NCBI RefSeq assembly: GCF_018350175.1
Contig: NC_058368.1
Span: 225,434,001 to 225,498,000, forward strand
Reading direction: 5' to 3'
Source of the DNA: Felis catus
Taxonomy: Eukaryota
DNA length: 64,000 nt
Under the pieces are notes generated by a model. That model had not been told where the DNA came from and did not search any database. It saw only the letters and a program-made list of their open reading frames with translations. This document shows, piece after piece, positions 49,962-63,039 of the stretch. The position numbers and the translations under genes are program-made. Each line of letters begins with the position of its first letter. The stretch's first letter is position 1.

Positions 49962-50997
49962 CAGGGCCGGCTACATAATTTACGGGGCCCAGTGCAAAAT
50001 GAAAATGCATGACCTTTCGTTCAAAAAGCGAGGAAAAAGTGCCACTAAAAGCACTGAAATGAAAACCCTTTTTCCTGTTTCCATGTTCTCTCCCTTGACG
50101 TGTCATGGTGGTTGTTATTTGCTATTTAGAAATGTTAAATTGTTAGCAGGAATCTTACTGTCCATTTTTATGTTATGCAATACCAGTTTTAAATGAAAAT
50201 ATCAGTGTCTGAGTTGTGCAAAATCACTGAATTTACACAATTCATGTTTTGTTGTTTGTACATGTGTCCTAGGTGTTTCATTCTGACGAGGAAGGTGGGA
50301 ATGGTGCAGAAAACCGCATCATTTCCACTCCCCTTCTGGCTGCACACACATATCCCCCCGCCTCTACCTTTGGTTTACTTCTGAGTAAGGAAGGACTGGA
50401 TGGGAAAGAAACTATGTGCTGCACTGTCTTTCCCCTTCCTTCTAGATCATCACTTTCGGCATGAAAGTTGGTGAATACAGGGAAGTAATATGAACAGAAA
50501 AGAATATGACAGGGTTCCTGGTGATTTCTTAAAACACCATTGCTTTCGTTCTGTATTGAAAACAAGTTTAGATTTGAACAGAACTGAGGCCACGTGGGGT
50601 TTTCAGTAACCCCCGCACCCATTTTACTCAGTCGTAGACTGACACACTTGCTTTGTACTCACTTTGAGTCTCCCTGAACTCCCGTGCATTCTGGGTCCTC
50701 CAGAATTTTGACCTCATGGGCATTATGGACGCTATATGCAAATAGGGCAACAAGGAACGGCTGAGAACACCTGTATGGTGAATTTCTCTTCTGTGCACGT
50801 GCTCTATTGTCCTGTTGGACTTCACTTCTAGAACACAAGTCCAAAGATAAGGTTACCAAGAATTTCAACATGGTGGCAGCAGAGATTTAACCAAGCACGG
50901 GGCCATTCTGAGCATGGGATCCTCCCGAATACGAGATCTTGTCAGCATGGAGCCCTGTGAAATGGCACAGGCCACGTGGCCAAGAAGCTGACTCTAG
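49962..50997 (-). mobile_element. Apparently full-length MER45B-like hAT-Tip100 element (about 1.04 kb)
   Basis: CAGGGCCGGCTACATAATTT...GGGCCCAGTGCAAAATGAAAATG at one end; TTCTGAGCATGGG...GAAGCTGACTCT at the other. Confidence 0.8.
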
Positions 50998-51069
50998 GTA
51001 TTATTATATGTTGGAGCTCAGTGGCTGTTCATGTATAACAGGTAGGCTGTAAACAGTAAGTAGGAAATT

Positions 51070-51366
51070 TGGCAGATCCTAAAAGGCTAAGTACAGAATT
51101 ACCATAGAATCCAGCAATTCCAATTTGAGGTATGTACCCAAAAGAATTAAAAGCAGGGACCCAAACAGATACTTGTATACCAATGTTCACTGCGGCATTA
51201 CTCACATCAGCCGAAAGACGGAAACAACCCAAAGGTCCACTGACATATGAATGGATAAACAAATGTGACATATCCAGACAATGAACTATTGTTCGGCCAT
51301 AAAAAGGAATAAAGTTCTGATGTATACTATAGCACAGATAAAACCTTGGATACATTATCCTAAATG

Positions 51367-51419
<53 letters not shown>

Positions 51420-51932
51420 AACCAAGAAACAGACTCTTAACTATAGCAAACAAACTGATGGTTACCAGAGGGGAGGATGGGGCTTAAGGAGCGCACTTGA
51501 GATGAGCACCAGGTGTTGTATGAAATGTTGAATCGCCGTATTCTACACCTGATACGAATATGACACTGCATGTTAACTAACTGAAACTTAAATAAAACCT
51601 TAAAAAAAGAAGAAAACATGATCCTAAATGAAATAAGCCAGCAACGAAAGAAATAACATTTCACGTACGTGAAATATCTAGAACAGGCAAATTTATAAAG
51701 ACAGAAAATGGAATACAGGTTATCAGGGGCTGGGGGATAATGAACGGAGTTACTGCTTAGTGGTTATAGAGTTTCTGTTTGGGGGGATGAAAATATTTTG
51801 GAAGTCGACAATGGTGATGGTTGTACAACATTGGGAGTGTACTTTATGGCCCTGAATTATACACTTAAAATGGTTTAAATGGCAAGTGTTATGTGATATA
51901 TATTTTGCCAAATAAAACTTTTTAAAAAAAAA
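51070..51932 (+). mobile_element. L1MB 3' region hosting a younger L1
   Basis: AGAATTACCATA, CCAGCAATTCCA, ACACTTAAAATGGTT. Confidence 0.85.
51370..51615 (+). mobile_element. Carnivore L1 3' UTR fragment starting in a (AG)n run
   Basis: AAACCAAGAAACAGACTCTTAACTATAG...GATGAGCAC; TSD ACAT(T/G)ATCCTAAATGAAA. Confidence 0.85.
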
Positions 51933-51939
51933 TGAGTAG

Positions 51940-52413
51940 GAACAAAAAATAATCTGATTAAAAAATGGGCAGAGGAACTGAATAGACACTTTTCCAAAGA
52001 AGACGGACGAATGGTCCATATATATTCAAAGGTGTTAGCATCACTAATCAGCAGGAAAATGCAAATCAAAAACCACAAGATATCACCTTACGCTTGTTAG
52101 AATGGCTATCATCAAAAAGACAAGAGATAACAAGTATATTTGAAGAAAAGAGGAACCCTCGTGCACTGTTGGTGAGAATGTAAACTGGTGCAGCCACTGT
52201 GGAAAACAGTAGGGAGGTTCCTCAAAAAATTAAAAATAGAACTGCCACATGATCCCGCAATCCCACTTCTGAGTATTTACCTACAAGAAATAAAAACACT
52301 ATGCTGAAGAGATATCTGCACCCCCATGTTCATCATACCATTATTTATGATGGCCGAGACATGGAAACAACCTAATGGCACATCAATAGATGAATGGATG
52401 GGGAAGATACACA

Positions 52414-52461
<48 letters not shown>

Positions 52462-52880
52462 GGACTATCATTCAGTCATGAGAAAGAAGGAAATCCTGCC
52501 ACTTGCAACAGCATGGATAGACCTTGAGGGCGTTATGCTAAGTGAAATAAGACAGAGACAAATACAACACGCTAGCGCTTATAAGTGGAATCTTTAAGGA
52601 AAAACATTGCAAACTCCTAGCAACAGAAAAGTGGTTGTCAGGGCCTAGGGGGTGGTGGAAATACAGAGAAGTTGCTATCGGGGTACAAACTTTCAGCTAG
52701 AAGATGAGTGAGGTCTGAGGATCTCACATGAAGCATGACGGCTATAGCTGATAAAACTGTATTGTATGAGTGAAATCTACTTAAATGAGTAGAACGTACA
52801 TGTCTCACAAAAAAAAAAAAAAGATAAATGTGTGAGGATATATTAATCAACCAAATAATGGGAATCCTTTCACGGTGCAT
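51940..52880 (+). mobile_element. L1 (L1MA9-like) ORF2 C-terminal remnant plus 3' UTR, with an internal (CA)n
   Basis: Translates as [19 protein letters not shown], matching L1 ORF2p; degenerate downstream. Confidence 0.9.
52409..52459. repeat. (CA)n microsatellite
   Basis: Seen directly. Confidence 0.95.
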
Positions 52881-53150
52881 TGAGTAAAGTAGATTACCTT
52901 CTATTATGTAGGTGGGTCGTGTCCAATCACTTGAAGGCCTTAATAGAACAAAGCCTGACCTCTTTGAGCAAGACGGAATTCTGACAACAGACAGCTGTCA
53001 GCTTTTAAATTCAGCCTGCCACCCCTCCCTGGGTCCCAGTCTGCCAGCCTACCCCGCAGATTTTGGACTTGCCTAAATCACCTGAGCCAATTTTCAAAAA
53101 ATGGTGTGTTTGCACGTGTGTGTATCTATCCCATTGGTTCTATTTCTACG
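52880..53150 (+). mobile_element. MLT2 LTR fragment
   Basis: GAGTAAAGTAGATT, TTGAAGGCCTTAATAGAACAAA, CAGATTTTGGACTTGCC. Confidence 0.8.
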
Positions 53151-53814
53151 CTAATGCCCCAGAATGTACAGGAATGTGACGCAGCAGACTTGAAGTAGAA
53201 AGATACAACTGTCTTATGGTGAATCCATCACAAGGAAAACATCCCATAAGAGATTTACGAAACCATGGGACCATAGGAATGCATTGCCGCCATACCTCCC
53301 AGGCTTCCAAAGACACCATAGCGGGGAGAGACCCTCAAGTTTTAGTTAGGTGAGCTTTTTCTTCAGTCTTACATGGTCCTAACTCAGATCTTGGGGGCTC
53401 TTTCTTCTCTGAAGCCCTCCTTCCTAGTCAGCCCCCTTCCTGGACAGTCCCGGGACTAACCCTCCTTCCCTCTCACCAACGCAAAGACATCTCTGCAGTG
53501 ATGTTCCCCTCCCCTCTATCTGCCTTCTTGTCCCTTTCAACTGTGCTGTTCCCATCGGCATCCAAACATGACTTCTCCATCTTAAAATAAGACCTCTCTT
53601 TACTTCTCTTTACTTCCTTCTCTACATACCTCTCCATTTCCCTGCTTCCCTTTATAATAAAACTCCCAGCAAGTCAGTACTGGATGTCATCCCGCCTCCT
53701 TCTTCCACTGTTTCAGACTCATTCCAATGAGCTTGATAGAAAATACTGGACCTAGAGGGCCCCAAGGGTCTTGGAGCACAGGCACCAGCCTTGGACAGCT
53801 TACTTCCTTATTTT

Positions 53815-54008
53815 TTTTTTAAAAAATTTTTTAACGTTTATTTATTTTTGAGAGACAGAGTGAGTGGGGCAGAGACAGAGGGAGACACAGAATCCGAAGC
53901 AGGCTCCAGGCATCAGCACAGAGCCCGACATGGGGCTCGAACCCACGAACTGTGAGACTGACCTGAACTGAAGTCAGACGCTTAAGCAACCAAGCGACCC
54001 AGGCACCT
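53815..54008 (-). mobile_element. Can-SINE
   Basis: Perfect TSD GCTTACTTCCTTATTTT. Confidence 0.95.
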
Positions 54009-54199
54009 TGCTTACTTCCTTATTTTAATGAGACACAAACTGCTGATTATGTAGGTTTTCTGTTTTATTGTGCATTCACGTACGGCTTATCTTCATCAGT
54101 GGGAATTCTAAGGATGTTGAGATGAGAGTGAATTCTTACCTAGATTTGCCTTTAAAGGGTTCTAACCTGTGCATGTGCTTAAAATTACTGTTTTCCTTG

Positions 54200-54621
54200 G
54201 GTTTTCCTGGGCCACTTGTAAGGGCTGCCATATAAGAAAGTTCCACATGTTGGGTGGCTTAAACAACAGAAATTCATTTTCTCATAATTCTGGAGGCCAA
54301 ACGTCAAAGATTAAGGTATTGGAAAGCCCGATTTTTCCTGAAGCCTCCTCTCTCCTTGCCTTGCAGACGGCAGCCATCTTGCTCTGTCCTTGAGTCATGT
54401 TTCCTCTGTGTGAGCACATGCTCCTGGTGTCTCTCTATATGTCCAAATTTATATTTCTTCTAGGAACACCCATCGTATTGAATTAGAGTCCACCCTAATG
54501 GTCTCCTTTTAACTTAATAACCCCTTTAGAGCCCTACCTTCAGGTACAGTCACGTTCCAAGGTCCTGGAGGTTAGGATTTCAACATATGGATTTTCAGGG
54601 GTCCCCATTCTACCCACGACA
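54200..54621 (-). mobile_element. MLT1B-like LTR
   Basis: GGTGGCTTAAACAACAGAAATT, TTTTAACTTAAT, GTTAGGATTTCAACATATG. Confidence 0.85.
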
Positions 54622-54949
54622 GGTAGTATAAATTGAAATTCTAAATCAGAGTGATAATTACTGGTGTTTATGTGCTTTCAGCAGAGTTTCTATTTTTTAC
54701 CTCACATCGAGGCTTAAATGGCCACGTTTTCTTGTCAGCATCGTTGACAACAGTTGGGAACTTTCGGTGCTGCATGCTTCTGAGGGTGTAGCCCTTTGAG
54801 GATTGCTGCTTTATGCAAGAGTCCCTGCTGTGACTCATGGAAGTTTAGTCCACTATTCCTCTTTGGCACCAGGAATCACTTTCTGGTGCCTTTTGGCCTT
54901 GTTTTCCTTTGGGCCTTTGCAGATATCCCTTACTTTCTTGCGGGCAGAT

Positions 54950-55350
54950 GTATGGACTTTTCAAACAATACACTTTGGGGAGGAATAATTTTCAGTTTAC
55001 AAAAAAGTTGCAAAAGTCGTACAGAGAATTCCTTTTCTTTTGTTGACATCTCACCTTGGTGCATTGGTCAAAATGAAGAAACCCACGTCGGTACATTGCT
55101 ATTAACCAAACGTCAGACTTTTTTCAGACTTCACTGGTTCTGCCACCAATGTCCCCTTGACTGCTGCAGGATCCCACCGTACATTGAGCCTCCTCGGTGT
55201 GTGACAACTTCTCAATCTTTCATTTTCGATGACTGTGGCACTTGGAGGAGTACTAGTCACGTATCTTTGGAGAACGTCCCTCACCTTGAATCTACGTGAA
55301 CTCCGAAGGATGCTCATTGTACCATGCCCAGTGGGGTCGAAATGTTCGCG
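54950..55350 (-). mobile_element. L1MC-like 3' end
   Basis: AATAATTTTCAGTTTACAAAAAAGTTGCAAAAG...ACAGAGAATTCC. Confidence 0.7.
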
Positions 55351-56078
55351 GTGATCCGTGCTGCTATTCAACATGGTGGCGGAAGAGGAAGCGTCTACTC
55401 TCTGGTTCTACAGGCTGCCCGGTCCACTGCAAATTAAATTTTTTCCACTTAAGTTTGCCCCGGTTTGGTTTCTCTTGTTTAATTCAGAGAGGCCCATAAT
55501 TCACAACCCATGGTATAAATATATTTCCCCATCACTTTTCCCAACCCACCCCCAACATGCTCTTGACAACATTAAATTGATCCTGTTCTTAACATATTGA
55601 GATTCCTGCAAGACTCTTCACGACCTTCTCCGCTTGCACCATTCCCTGAGCTTGATCAGGCACCAGTGCCGCAAACACAGATAATTTTACTCCTTGCTGG
55701 GTATTGCTTTCTGTCTCCATTCCTCTTTGTTCTGGGGCAGTGACCAGAACGGGGGGGCTGGATGTGAGAAGGCAGAAACGGGAGTCCCAACAGAACTCTA
55801 GGTCCCGAAGGGAAGGCAGTTGAAGAAGGGGTGGGCCTGTTTCCAACCAAAGGGAGTGGCCAGGGTTAAGCAGGAGGAAATTGTGGGGCAAGTGTGCTTG
55901 TCAGCGTCCCAACCCAGGTGAGGGCCAGCCCTGTTGTGGAAACACAGGCACAAATGCCTAGCCGAGCGGGAGAGCTGGCCCCACACAATCCGCCCAGGGT
56001 AACTCACTGCCGGGTGCGAGCGATACTACAGACTGAAGGAAACTTGCCCGTCGTTGCCTATAAAAACAGAAGGGAGCT

Positions 56079-56209
56079 GGGACACCTGGGTGGCTCCGTT
56101 GGTTGAACATCCAACTGAGATCAGTCGGTTTCAGCTGAGGTCATGATGTCACAGTTTGTGAGTTCAAGCCCCACATCGAGCTCTGTGCTGATGGGAGCCT
56201 GCTTGGGAT

Positions 56210-56240
<31 letters not shown>

Positions 56241-56290
56241 GCCCCTCCCCGACTCATGCCCTCTCTCTCAAAATAAATAAACTTAAAATA
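56079..56290 (+). mobile_element. Can-SINE
   Basis: Head, B box, (CT)n, A tail. Confidence 0.9.
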
Positions 56291-57001
56291 AAAACAATAG
56301 AAGGAAGCTAATAACATTTTTTGAGTACTCACTATGTATCAGGTGCTACATTACGTGTTTCTTATCTTATTCAATCCTTACATTCCTGAAGACCAGGTGG
56401 TAACTTCCCAGCCTCACACCAGCCAAATTGCCAAGGAGAAAGTTGTAGAGCTTGCAAAGTCCGATTGTGAGCCAAGGTCTGTCTTTCTCTGAAGTTCACG
56501 GTCTTTCTAGGTTGGGACAGAAGAAAGAGCGTAAGCTCAAGAGATGTCACGTTACCGGGTGCCACAGATCAACACCGGGAAAATGGGCAACTGCTTGCCT
56601 TCTGAGAGCCTCAGCTTCCCTGGGAGAATGAGTAGTTTTCCCTGGTAGAATGCACTCACAACTGGTAGAATGAGTCCTCCCTTGCAGAGTTGATGCGAGC
56701 ATTAACCAAACTGCCAGCAATGCATTTAGAGCATCTCCCGACACGCTAGCTCTTGCTAATATGCCTTAGCCCTTATTCTTGGTAGCAGTCCCAGGGGTAT
56801 TGTAACGATTATTACGCTTAGCCCGTTAACACACAAGTTTTAGCTAACAATTCTATCCCTCCTTCGTTATCACCCTCTCCTTTAGGCAACAGTGACAGAC
56901 ATCCTTCCGAGGGCTTGAGATACAGCAGGGAAACAGACGAATCCCCTGCTGTCAGGGAGCTGGCATTTTCGGAGAGAAAGGCAGACAGTAAACAAGTTAA
57001 C

Positions 57002-57198
57002 CAGGGATCAGCAAATCTTCTCTGAAAGGGACAGAGAGCAAATATTTTAGGCTCTGGGGGCCGCACGGTTTCAGCTCCATGGTCCCAAAGCACCCACAGA
57101 CAGTCTAAACGAAGGGGAGCGGCCGTTCTGATGAAACTGCATTTCCAAAACAGGTTCTGTGGCAGCTTTGGCCCCGGGGCTGCAGTTTGCTGACCCCC
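57002..57198 (+). mobile_element. MER58A MITE with both terminal inverted repeats
   Basis: CAGGGATCAGCAAA ... TTTGCTGACCCC. Confidence 0.85.
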
Positions 57199-57625
57199 CG
57201 CCCCAGGAACACAAAGAGTCTATCGGATCATTTCAAAGAGTGACAGACGCCCTGAAAAACTAGGTGGGGCAGTATCATACAACATGACAGGTGTGGCACA
57301 CAGAATGAGACAGGCAGGTTCGAGGCCGCCTCAAGCTGAGCCCTGAGTGGAGGGGGCAGCCTTGCAGAGTGAATAGGCTGAGTGGAAGGTGAGGGAACAA
57401 CGCGGGTAAAGGGGACACACGTGCAAAGGCCAGGGGCAGGATCAAGCTCTGTGTTTGATGTGCTCCGGGTGGCCAGCGTGGTGCTGGGCAGGGGAGAGGC
57501 AGGAAGGCCGTCCCGCAGGGCTTTGTCAGCCCGAAAGGAGCCGGTATTTGATGATAACTGTAAAGGAGTCCCTTGTGGGTAGGGGGATGGGTGAAAGAGG
57601 TGAAGGGGATTAAGAGTACACTACC

Positions 57626-57698
57626 TTCTTTTTTTTTTTAATTTTATTTTATTTTTGAGAGAGAGAGAGAACACGCGAGTGAAGGAGAGGCAGAGAGA
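57626..57698 (-). mobile_element. Can-SINE 3' remnant
   Basis: T tail, (GA)n and GGCAGAGAGA only. Confidence 0.7.
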
Positions 57699-57844
57699 AG
57701 ACGGACAGTGGGGGGTGGGGAGGGGAGCTGAGGAGGAAGTGTCGATAAGGCGTGGAGACCCCAGGACACAGAATCCCTTGGGTATGCTTTGCTGGGAAGA
57801 CCACAGGGCAGCCACTGAAGGACGAGGTGCCTTAAATGACAGAT

Positions 57845-58074
57845 TTATTTTTTTTTAATTTTTTTTTCAACGTTTATTTATTTTTTGGGGGGACAGAGAG
57901 AGACAGAGCATGAACGGGGGAGGGGCAGAGAGAGAGGGAGACACAGAATCAGAAACAGGCTCCAGGCTCCGAGCCATCAGCCCAGAGCCCGACGCGGGGC
58001 TCGAACTCCCGGACCGCGAGATCGTGACCTGGCTGACGTCGGACGCTTAACCGACTGCGCCACCCAGGCGCCCC
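57845..58074 (-). mobile_element. Young SINEC_Fc
   Basis: TSD TTAAATGACAGAT. Confidence 0.95.
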
Positions 58075-58984
58075 TTAAATGACAGATGTAAAGGTGGGGC
58101 TCCTGGAGCAGCTGTCTGCCGGCCAGGAGGGTCTGGGAGGGAAGAAGATGGTTCTGGTGGGGCAGGATGACGAGGGAAGGGAAAGACGGAGCCCAGAGAG
58201 AACGAGGCGGTGCCCTGGCCTGGTGGCTGCAGGCCATAAAGCTGCGGGTGGGATGGTGGCTTCGAGAGAGACGACGGAGGAGTCCCCGTTTGGGTGTGTC
58301 TGCGATCTCAGGGAGCAGAGGGCCCCCGGGCTGGTTTTCCTGAATCTTCTGTTGCTGCCCTCCCTCTGGTACCCAACCGAGACCTGCATCACCACGGATG
58401 TGCGGCCTTTCTTCACCGCCCCAACCCCCCCCCCCCCCACCACCACACCTGGAGGTTTGTAGTTGCCAGAATCCCTCCATCTCTCGAGGCTGCGATGCTC
58501 TGGCTTTCGAGACAACAGTGAGTCACCCGAGTCAACTGAGTAGTTAGCAGAGCAAGGGTGCGTGGGGCCTGATGTGGTTACTAAGGAGCTGAGCCTGCAG
58601 GGGGCATCGAATTTGAACCTGCCCCCCACCCCCACCCCCGGATCTCCTCCCTCCCTGCCATCTTCCATTGTCTTCCTCCTGCGTTCCCAAAATGCCCTTA
58701 CCCCTCTTCTGGAGGGCTTCAGTCAATCACAACTCCTGTGTGACGACATAACTACTACCACAGCCGTGAACATCATTCCTCCTGCTTCCCACAAGCCTCT
58801 ACCTTCTCAGCACTTTCCTCAGGTTCACCTCCTCAGTCAGATGACACAATTTGCAAGGTTTTCCTCATTGAGTCCTGATCCCCGCCCCCCTCAAGGGCAA
58901 GTGCAATAATTTATGAAATAGTCGATGTAAACAGGGGTGCACTCACCGTGACTCGTGACAACAGATTGCCATGTTGTCGAGAAT

Positions 58985-59204
58985 TAAAAAAAAAAATTTT
59001 TAATGTTTATTTTTGAGAGAGAGAGGGAGAGAGACTGCATGAGTGGAGGAGGGGCAGAGAGAGAGGGAGACACAGAAACCGAAGCAGGTCCCAGGCTCTG
59101 AGCTGTCAGCACAGAGCCCAACGTGGGGTTTGAACTCACGGACTGTGAGATCATGACCTGAGCCAAAGTCAGACATCCAACGGACTGGGCCACCCAGGTG
59201 CCCC
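58985..59204 (-). mobile_element. Can-SINE with no visible TSD
   Basis: Full body and tail. Confidence 0.92.
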
Positions 59205-59380
59205 TTTCTTCTTCTTATAAGGACACCAGACCTACTGGATCAGGGCCCACCTTAACAACCTGATTTTAACTTAATCACCTTTTGAAAGGCCCTACCTCTA
59301 AATACAGTCCTATTCTAGAGTATTAGGAGCTAGGACTACTAGTTATGAATGGGGGGGGGGCACAATTCAGCCCATAACGC
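59205..59380 (-). mobile_element. MLT1B-like LTR, partial
   Basis: CTTATAAGGACACCAG, TTTTAACTTAATCACC, CACAATTCAGCCCATAAC. Confidence 0.8.
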
Positions 59381-59790
59381 CCCCCAAGCTTTACTTCGTA
59401 TCTTAACGTTGCCCTTAAAATTTTGTGTATGCTTCTTATGATAGAAATTTCCAGAGTCATTTCAAAAGTATCTTTCAGTATCTCTCTGCAGCTGGTCTAT
59501 TGATTTCTTTAGAGATCCTGTCTTGCTCATCTTTATATCTCCTGATACCTGACATCACAGATGCACGATAACATTGTTTGAATAATAAAAAAAAAAAGAA
59601 GAAGAAGAAATGAAATGCTGCTCTTACAAAAAAAAATGTGTATTTTATTTTTCAAAACAGGAATAGCTTTCTGATCCCATAGGTGTCACCAAAAAATCAG
59701 AAAATCTAGAATAGGGTCAAAGAATAATTTCTAATGGTCTTTGTCCTTGTTATCTAGGAATAACATCTGTTAAACATATCTGCTTTTGTC

Positions 59791-60005
59791 TTTTCTTTTT
59801 AACGCATTTTAAAATGATTATTTACTTATTTTGAGACAGAGAGAGAGAAAGAGGCAGAGAGAGAGGGAGAGAGGAAAGTCCGAAGCAGGCTCTGCACTGT
59901 CAGTCCAGACCCTGATGCCGGGCTTGGCCTCACGAACTGTGAGATTATAACCTGAGTCAAAATCAGGAGTCGGACACTGAACCGGCTAAGCCACCCAGGC
60001 GCCCC
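59791..60005 (-). mobile_element. Can-SINE (older subfamily)
   Basis: Body and CACCCAGGCGCCCC. Confidence 0.9.
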
Positions 60006-60469
60006 TGGGTTTGTTTCTTTCAAAGCTCTCTACACAATTCATCTTATCAGCTGGGAAGAGCCAGGTGGCTGTTCCTAGTATCTAGCCCTTTTCTTCCTCC
60101 CAGTTTCTAGTTCTTGGCTGGGTAAATAGAAACCCAGAATAAATATTATATTTCTCAGTATTCCTCGCAGCTGACGACTAAGTTCTAGTCAACCGCATAC
60201 GAATAGGTACCCTGTGCGACCGTCCCGGGGAACCCGGGCATGCTGTGTGTCCGCTCTAGAAGGAGTCAGTGTCCCTAAAGACTGTGCAACATCCCAGGCC
60301 TCCTGGCTTGGTTTATGAGAGAGAAATAAACTCGTCTGCCTTAAGCCATGGCCAGTTTTAAATGTTTATAACGTGCAGATATAACTTGTCATTTCTTTGC
60401 CTAGTCCTATTTCCGCATCAATAAATATGGGTAGTATGATGAGTTAAAATGGCCACAGACGAGTCCACT

Positions 60470-61030
60470 CTGGTGGTTCCTCCAAAGGTTAAACGTAGAA
60501 TTACCATACGACCCGACAATTCCACTCCTCGTTGAATTGGATTCTGCAAAGGAATTGAAAACAGGTACCTGAGTATTCACGGCAGCACCATTTGCCTTAA
60601 CAAGAAGGTAGAAACGATGAAAAGACCCGTCAACTGACAAATGGATCAACCGAATGTGGTCTGTCCATACAATGGAATATTATTCAATCAGAAAGGTGAA
60701 TAAAGTACTAAAAACACGTGGCAGCATGGATGAGCCTTGAAAACACTGTGTTGAGTGACAGAAGCCAGTCACAAAAGCTCTGTGTGGTTCCCCTTTATGT
60801 GAAATATTCAGGATAGGCAAATCCATAGAGACAGAGAGCAAATTCGTTGCTGGGGGCTGGGGGGAGACAGGAATCTGAGTGGCTGGTTAATAGGTATGAG
60901 GTTTCCTTCGGGGGTGAAAATGTTCCGGACTAGGGAGGTGCAGGTACCATGAATATATTAAATGCTACCAAACGCACTGCGCACATGAAACGCTACTGTG
61001 CACTTCAAAATGGTGAACAAACCAAAAAAC
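60470..61030 (+). mobile_element. L1MB 3' region
   Basis: AGAATTACCATACGACCC, CCATACAATGGAATATTATTCA, ATAGGCAAATCCATAGAGACAGA. Confidence 0.85.
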
Positions 61031-61039
61031 AAACAACGA

Positions 61040-61470
61040 GGTCACGCATTCTTTGCAGCTTCTTCCATCAAGAGAGGCTGGAATCTGGGCTGGCCTTAGG
61101 TCAGGTTTTGACCAATAAAATGCAGCCCACACAATGTCGTGTAACTTCTGTGCAAGTTCTCAAAAGGTCTTGCGAATTCTGCCCTCTCCCGGTCACGGTG
61201 CGAAGACAGACCACGTGGAGAGAGTGGCCCAGCTGTCCCGGCTGCCTCCCCCCACCGGGTTCCTGCCGTATGTGGACGGCGTGTTTGAGGACCAGCCACA
61301 GCTGAGCACCTGTCTGCCTGCAGCTGCCGGAGAGAACCCAGTTGACCTTGCTGGCCGTGAAACCCAGTCAAGCCAAGTCAAGCCACGGCCTTGTGGGAAA
61401 TAAGAAGTCATTGTTGTCTGAAGCCACTGAGTTTTAGGTAGCTTGTTACACAGAAGCAGATCTCTAACCC
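61040..61470 (+). mobile_element. MLT1 (F/G-like) LTR
   Basis: TCTTTGCAGCTTCTTCCATCAAGAG and AAGCCACTGAGTTTT...TTGTTACACAG. Confidence 0.7.
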
Positions 61471-61668
61471 CGAGGGTGTCTGCTATGCACATTTGTCACA
61501 ATTTACTCAGCCGGGCTCCTGCCGAGAGGCGCTAAGGTGGTGTCCAGGTTCCTAACTACTGTAAACAACTCTATCCTAGACATTCTTATACAAACAACTT
61601 TCTGCCCTTATCTGATTTTTTTTCCCCTAATACTCTCAGCAGCACTTGCCTTCTGGAAACTTTAGGAA

Positions 61669-61695
61669 AACAACAACAACAACAACAACAACAAC
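61669..61695. repeat. (AAC)9 trinucleotide repeat
   Basis: Seen directly. Confidence 0.92.
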
Positions 61696-63039
61696 ATTCC
61701 TAACATATTCTCAACTCATTTAAGAAGCAAAAGCAATAGCCACTTCAGGTGGGGGAAAACAAAGCCTTGCCAAATCGCCAAAAAGAGTTTGCAGAGGATT
61801 GGCCCTGCGACGTAGCTCCTGAGTCTTACCCCCCCCCCCCCCAAGTTTCTCTCTTGCGTGCCAGCCTTGAGCTGTTTTCTGTGCTGGTGTTCAAGGCTGC
61901 CCTGAAGGTATATAAAACCCCTGTATATATACAAATACTTTGATTTAAATATTTATTACAAAATTCATGGGCCCATGGGAGGTAGAGTGACCCCTCCACG
62001 GAGATTTAGAATAAGAGCCCTTCGGTATTTGTTTGTTCCGGCGAACGTACGTGAAGAGTCTTCTTAGGGTCCGGGTGCCGGCTCTCCCGTTGGTAGCCGG
62101 GACTACTGTCGTCATCCTGCGTCCTCAGTGAGTGAAAGTCACTCAAGCATGGCTCGTTAGCCTCATTCAGGTGGAGGTGGCCCCATCCCTCACAATCCTG
62201 TGAAAAACACACTGCACTGGCCAGCAGGAGAAGCCAGGTGGCTGTCCTCCTGGGACTGAGGTCCAGCCACGGGCTCCAGAGGGTCCCCGAGACATGCCAG
62301 CCCTGGACTTCTGGATGACACCTTGTGTGGGGGAGAGGGTCGGAGAGAGCCCCGAAGAGGAGAAATGAAGACTGAATCCACATGGGACTGATCTGGGTCC
62401 AGGGTGGCCCCAGACAGTTGCCGGCACCAAAGGAGCACTGAGACCACTTTGAGAAAAGCAGCCCACGTCTAAAGGTGCCTAAAGGTGGCACTTGCCTGGC
62501 CCTTAAGGCGATGCTCTTCTAAGGTATTGGCAGGCTGCAGACCACAAGTTGGATTAAGAGGTACTACAAAGGGTATTACAGGGCTTGCTGTATCCTTGGA
62601 AGGGCTGGAGGAGTGGGTTTTTAGGTCTCCAGAAACAATTCTGAGAACCACAGCCCGGAATGGGCCTGGTGAGTCGGGGCCTCCCCGCCTACCCCCCCCC
62701 CCCCCCCAAGGCACCTGCTGCCGCTCCTGCTGGCCGGGTAGTCGCTGCCCTCACGGCTGACCACAGATCCACTCAACTCTGTCACAAACAGGGTCACCCC
62801 CATTTGCACTCCAAGCCCCCATTTCCCCCGAGGAGGGGAAACCTCGAGTGGGTGCGTGGGACTGGTAGAACTGAAGTCACATGTTTGGAGCAAAAGAAGC
62901 TTGAATATTCTCCGTTGGGCTAGAGGGATTCACATCATGAAGGCCCCTCTCAGCACGTGATAGGATCATCAGAAGACCCGGGGCAGCTCTAGGTGACAGA
63001 GCCCTGCTCATCAAGGTGGCCGAATGCTATCGTTCCACG

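Noticed and set aside
51940..52330. L1 ORF2 coding potential
   Set aside because: Short, 5'-truncated and degenerate; not an active element or a gene.
57977..58668. Overlapping 127-197 aa ORFs
   Set aside because: GC-rich, stop-poor sequence that is open on both strands and overlaps a SINE; no recognisable product.
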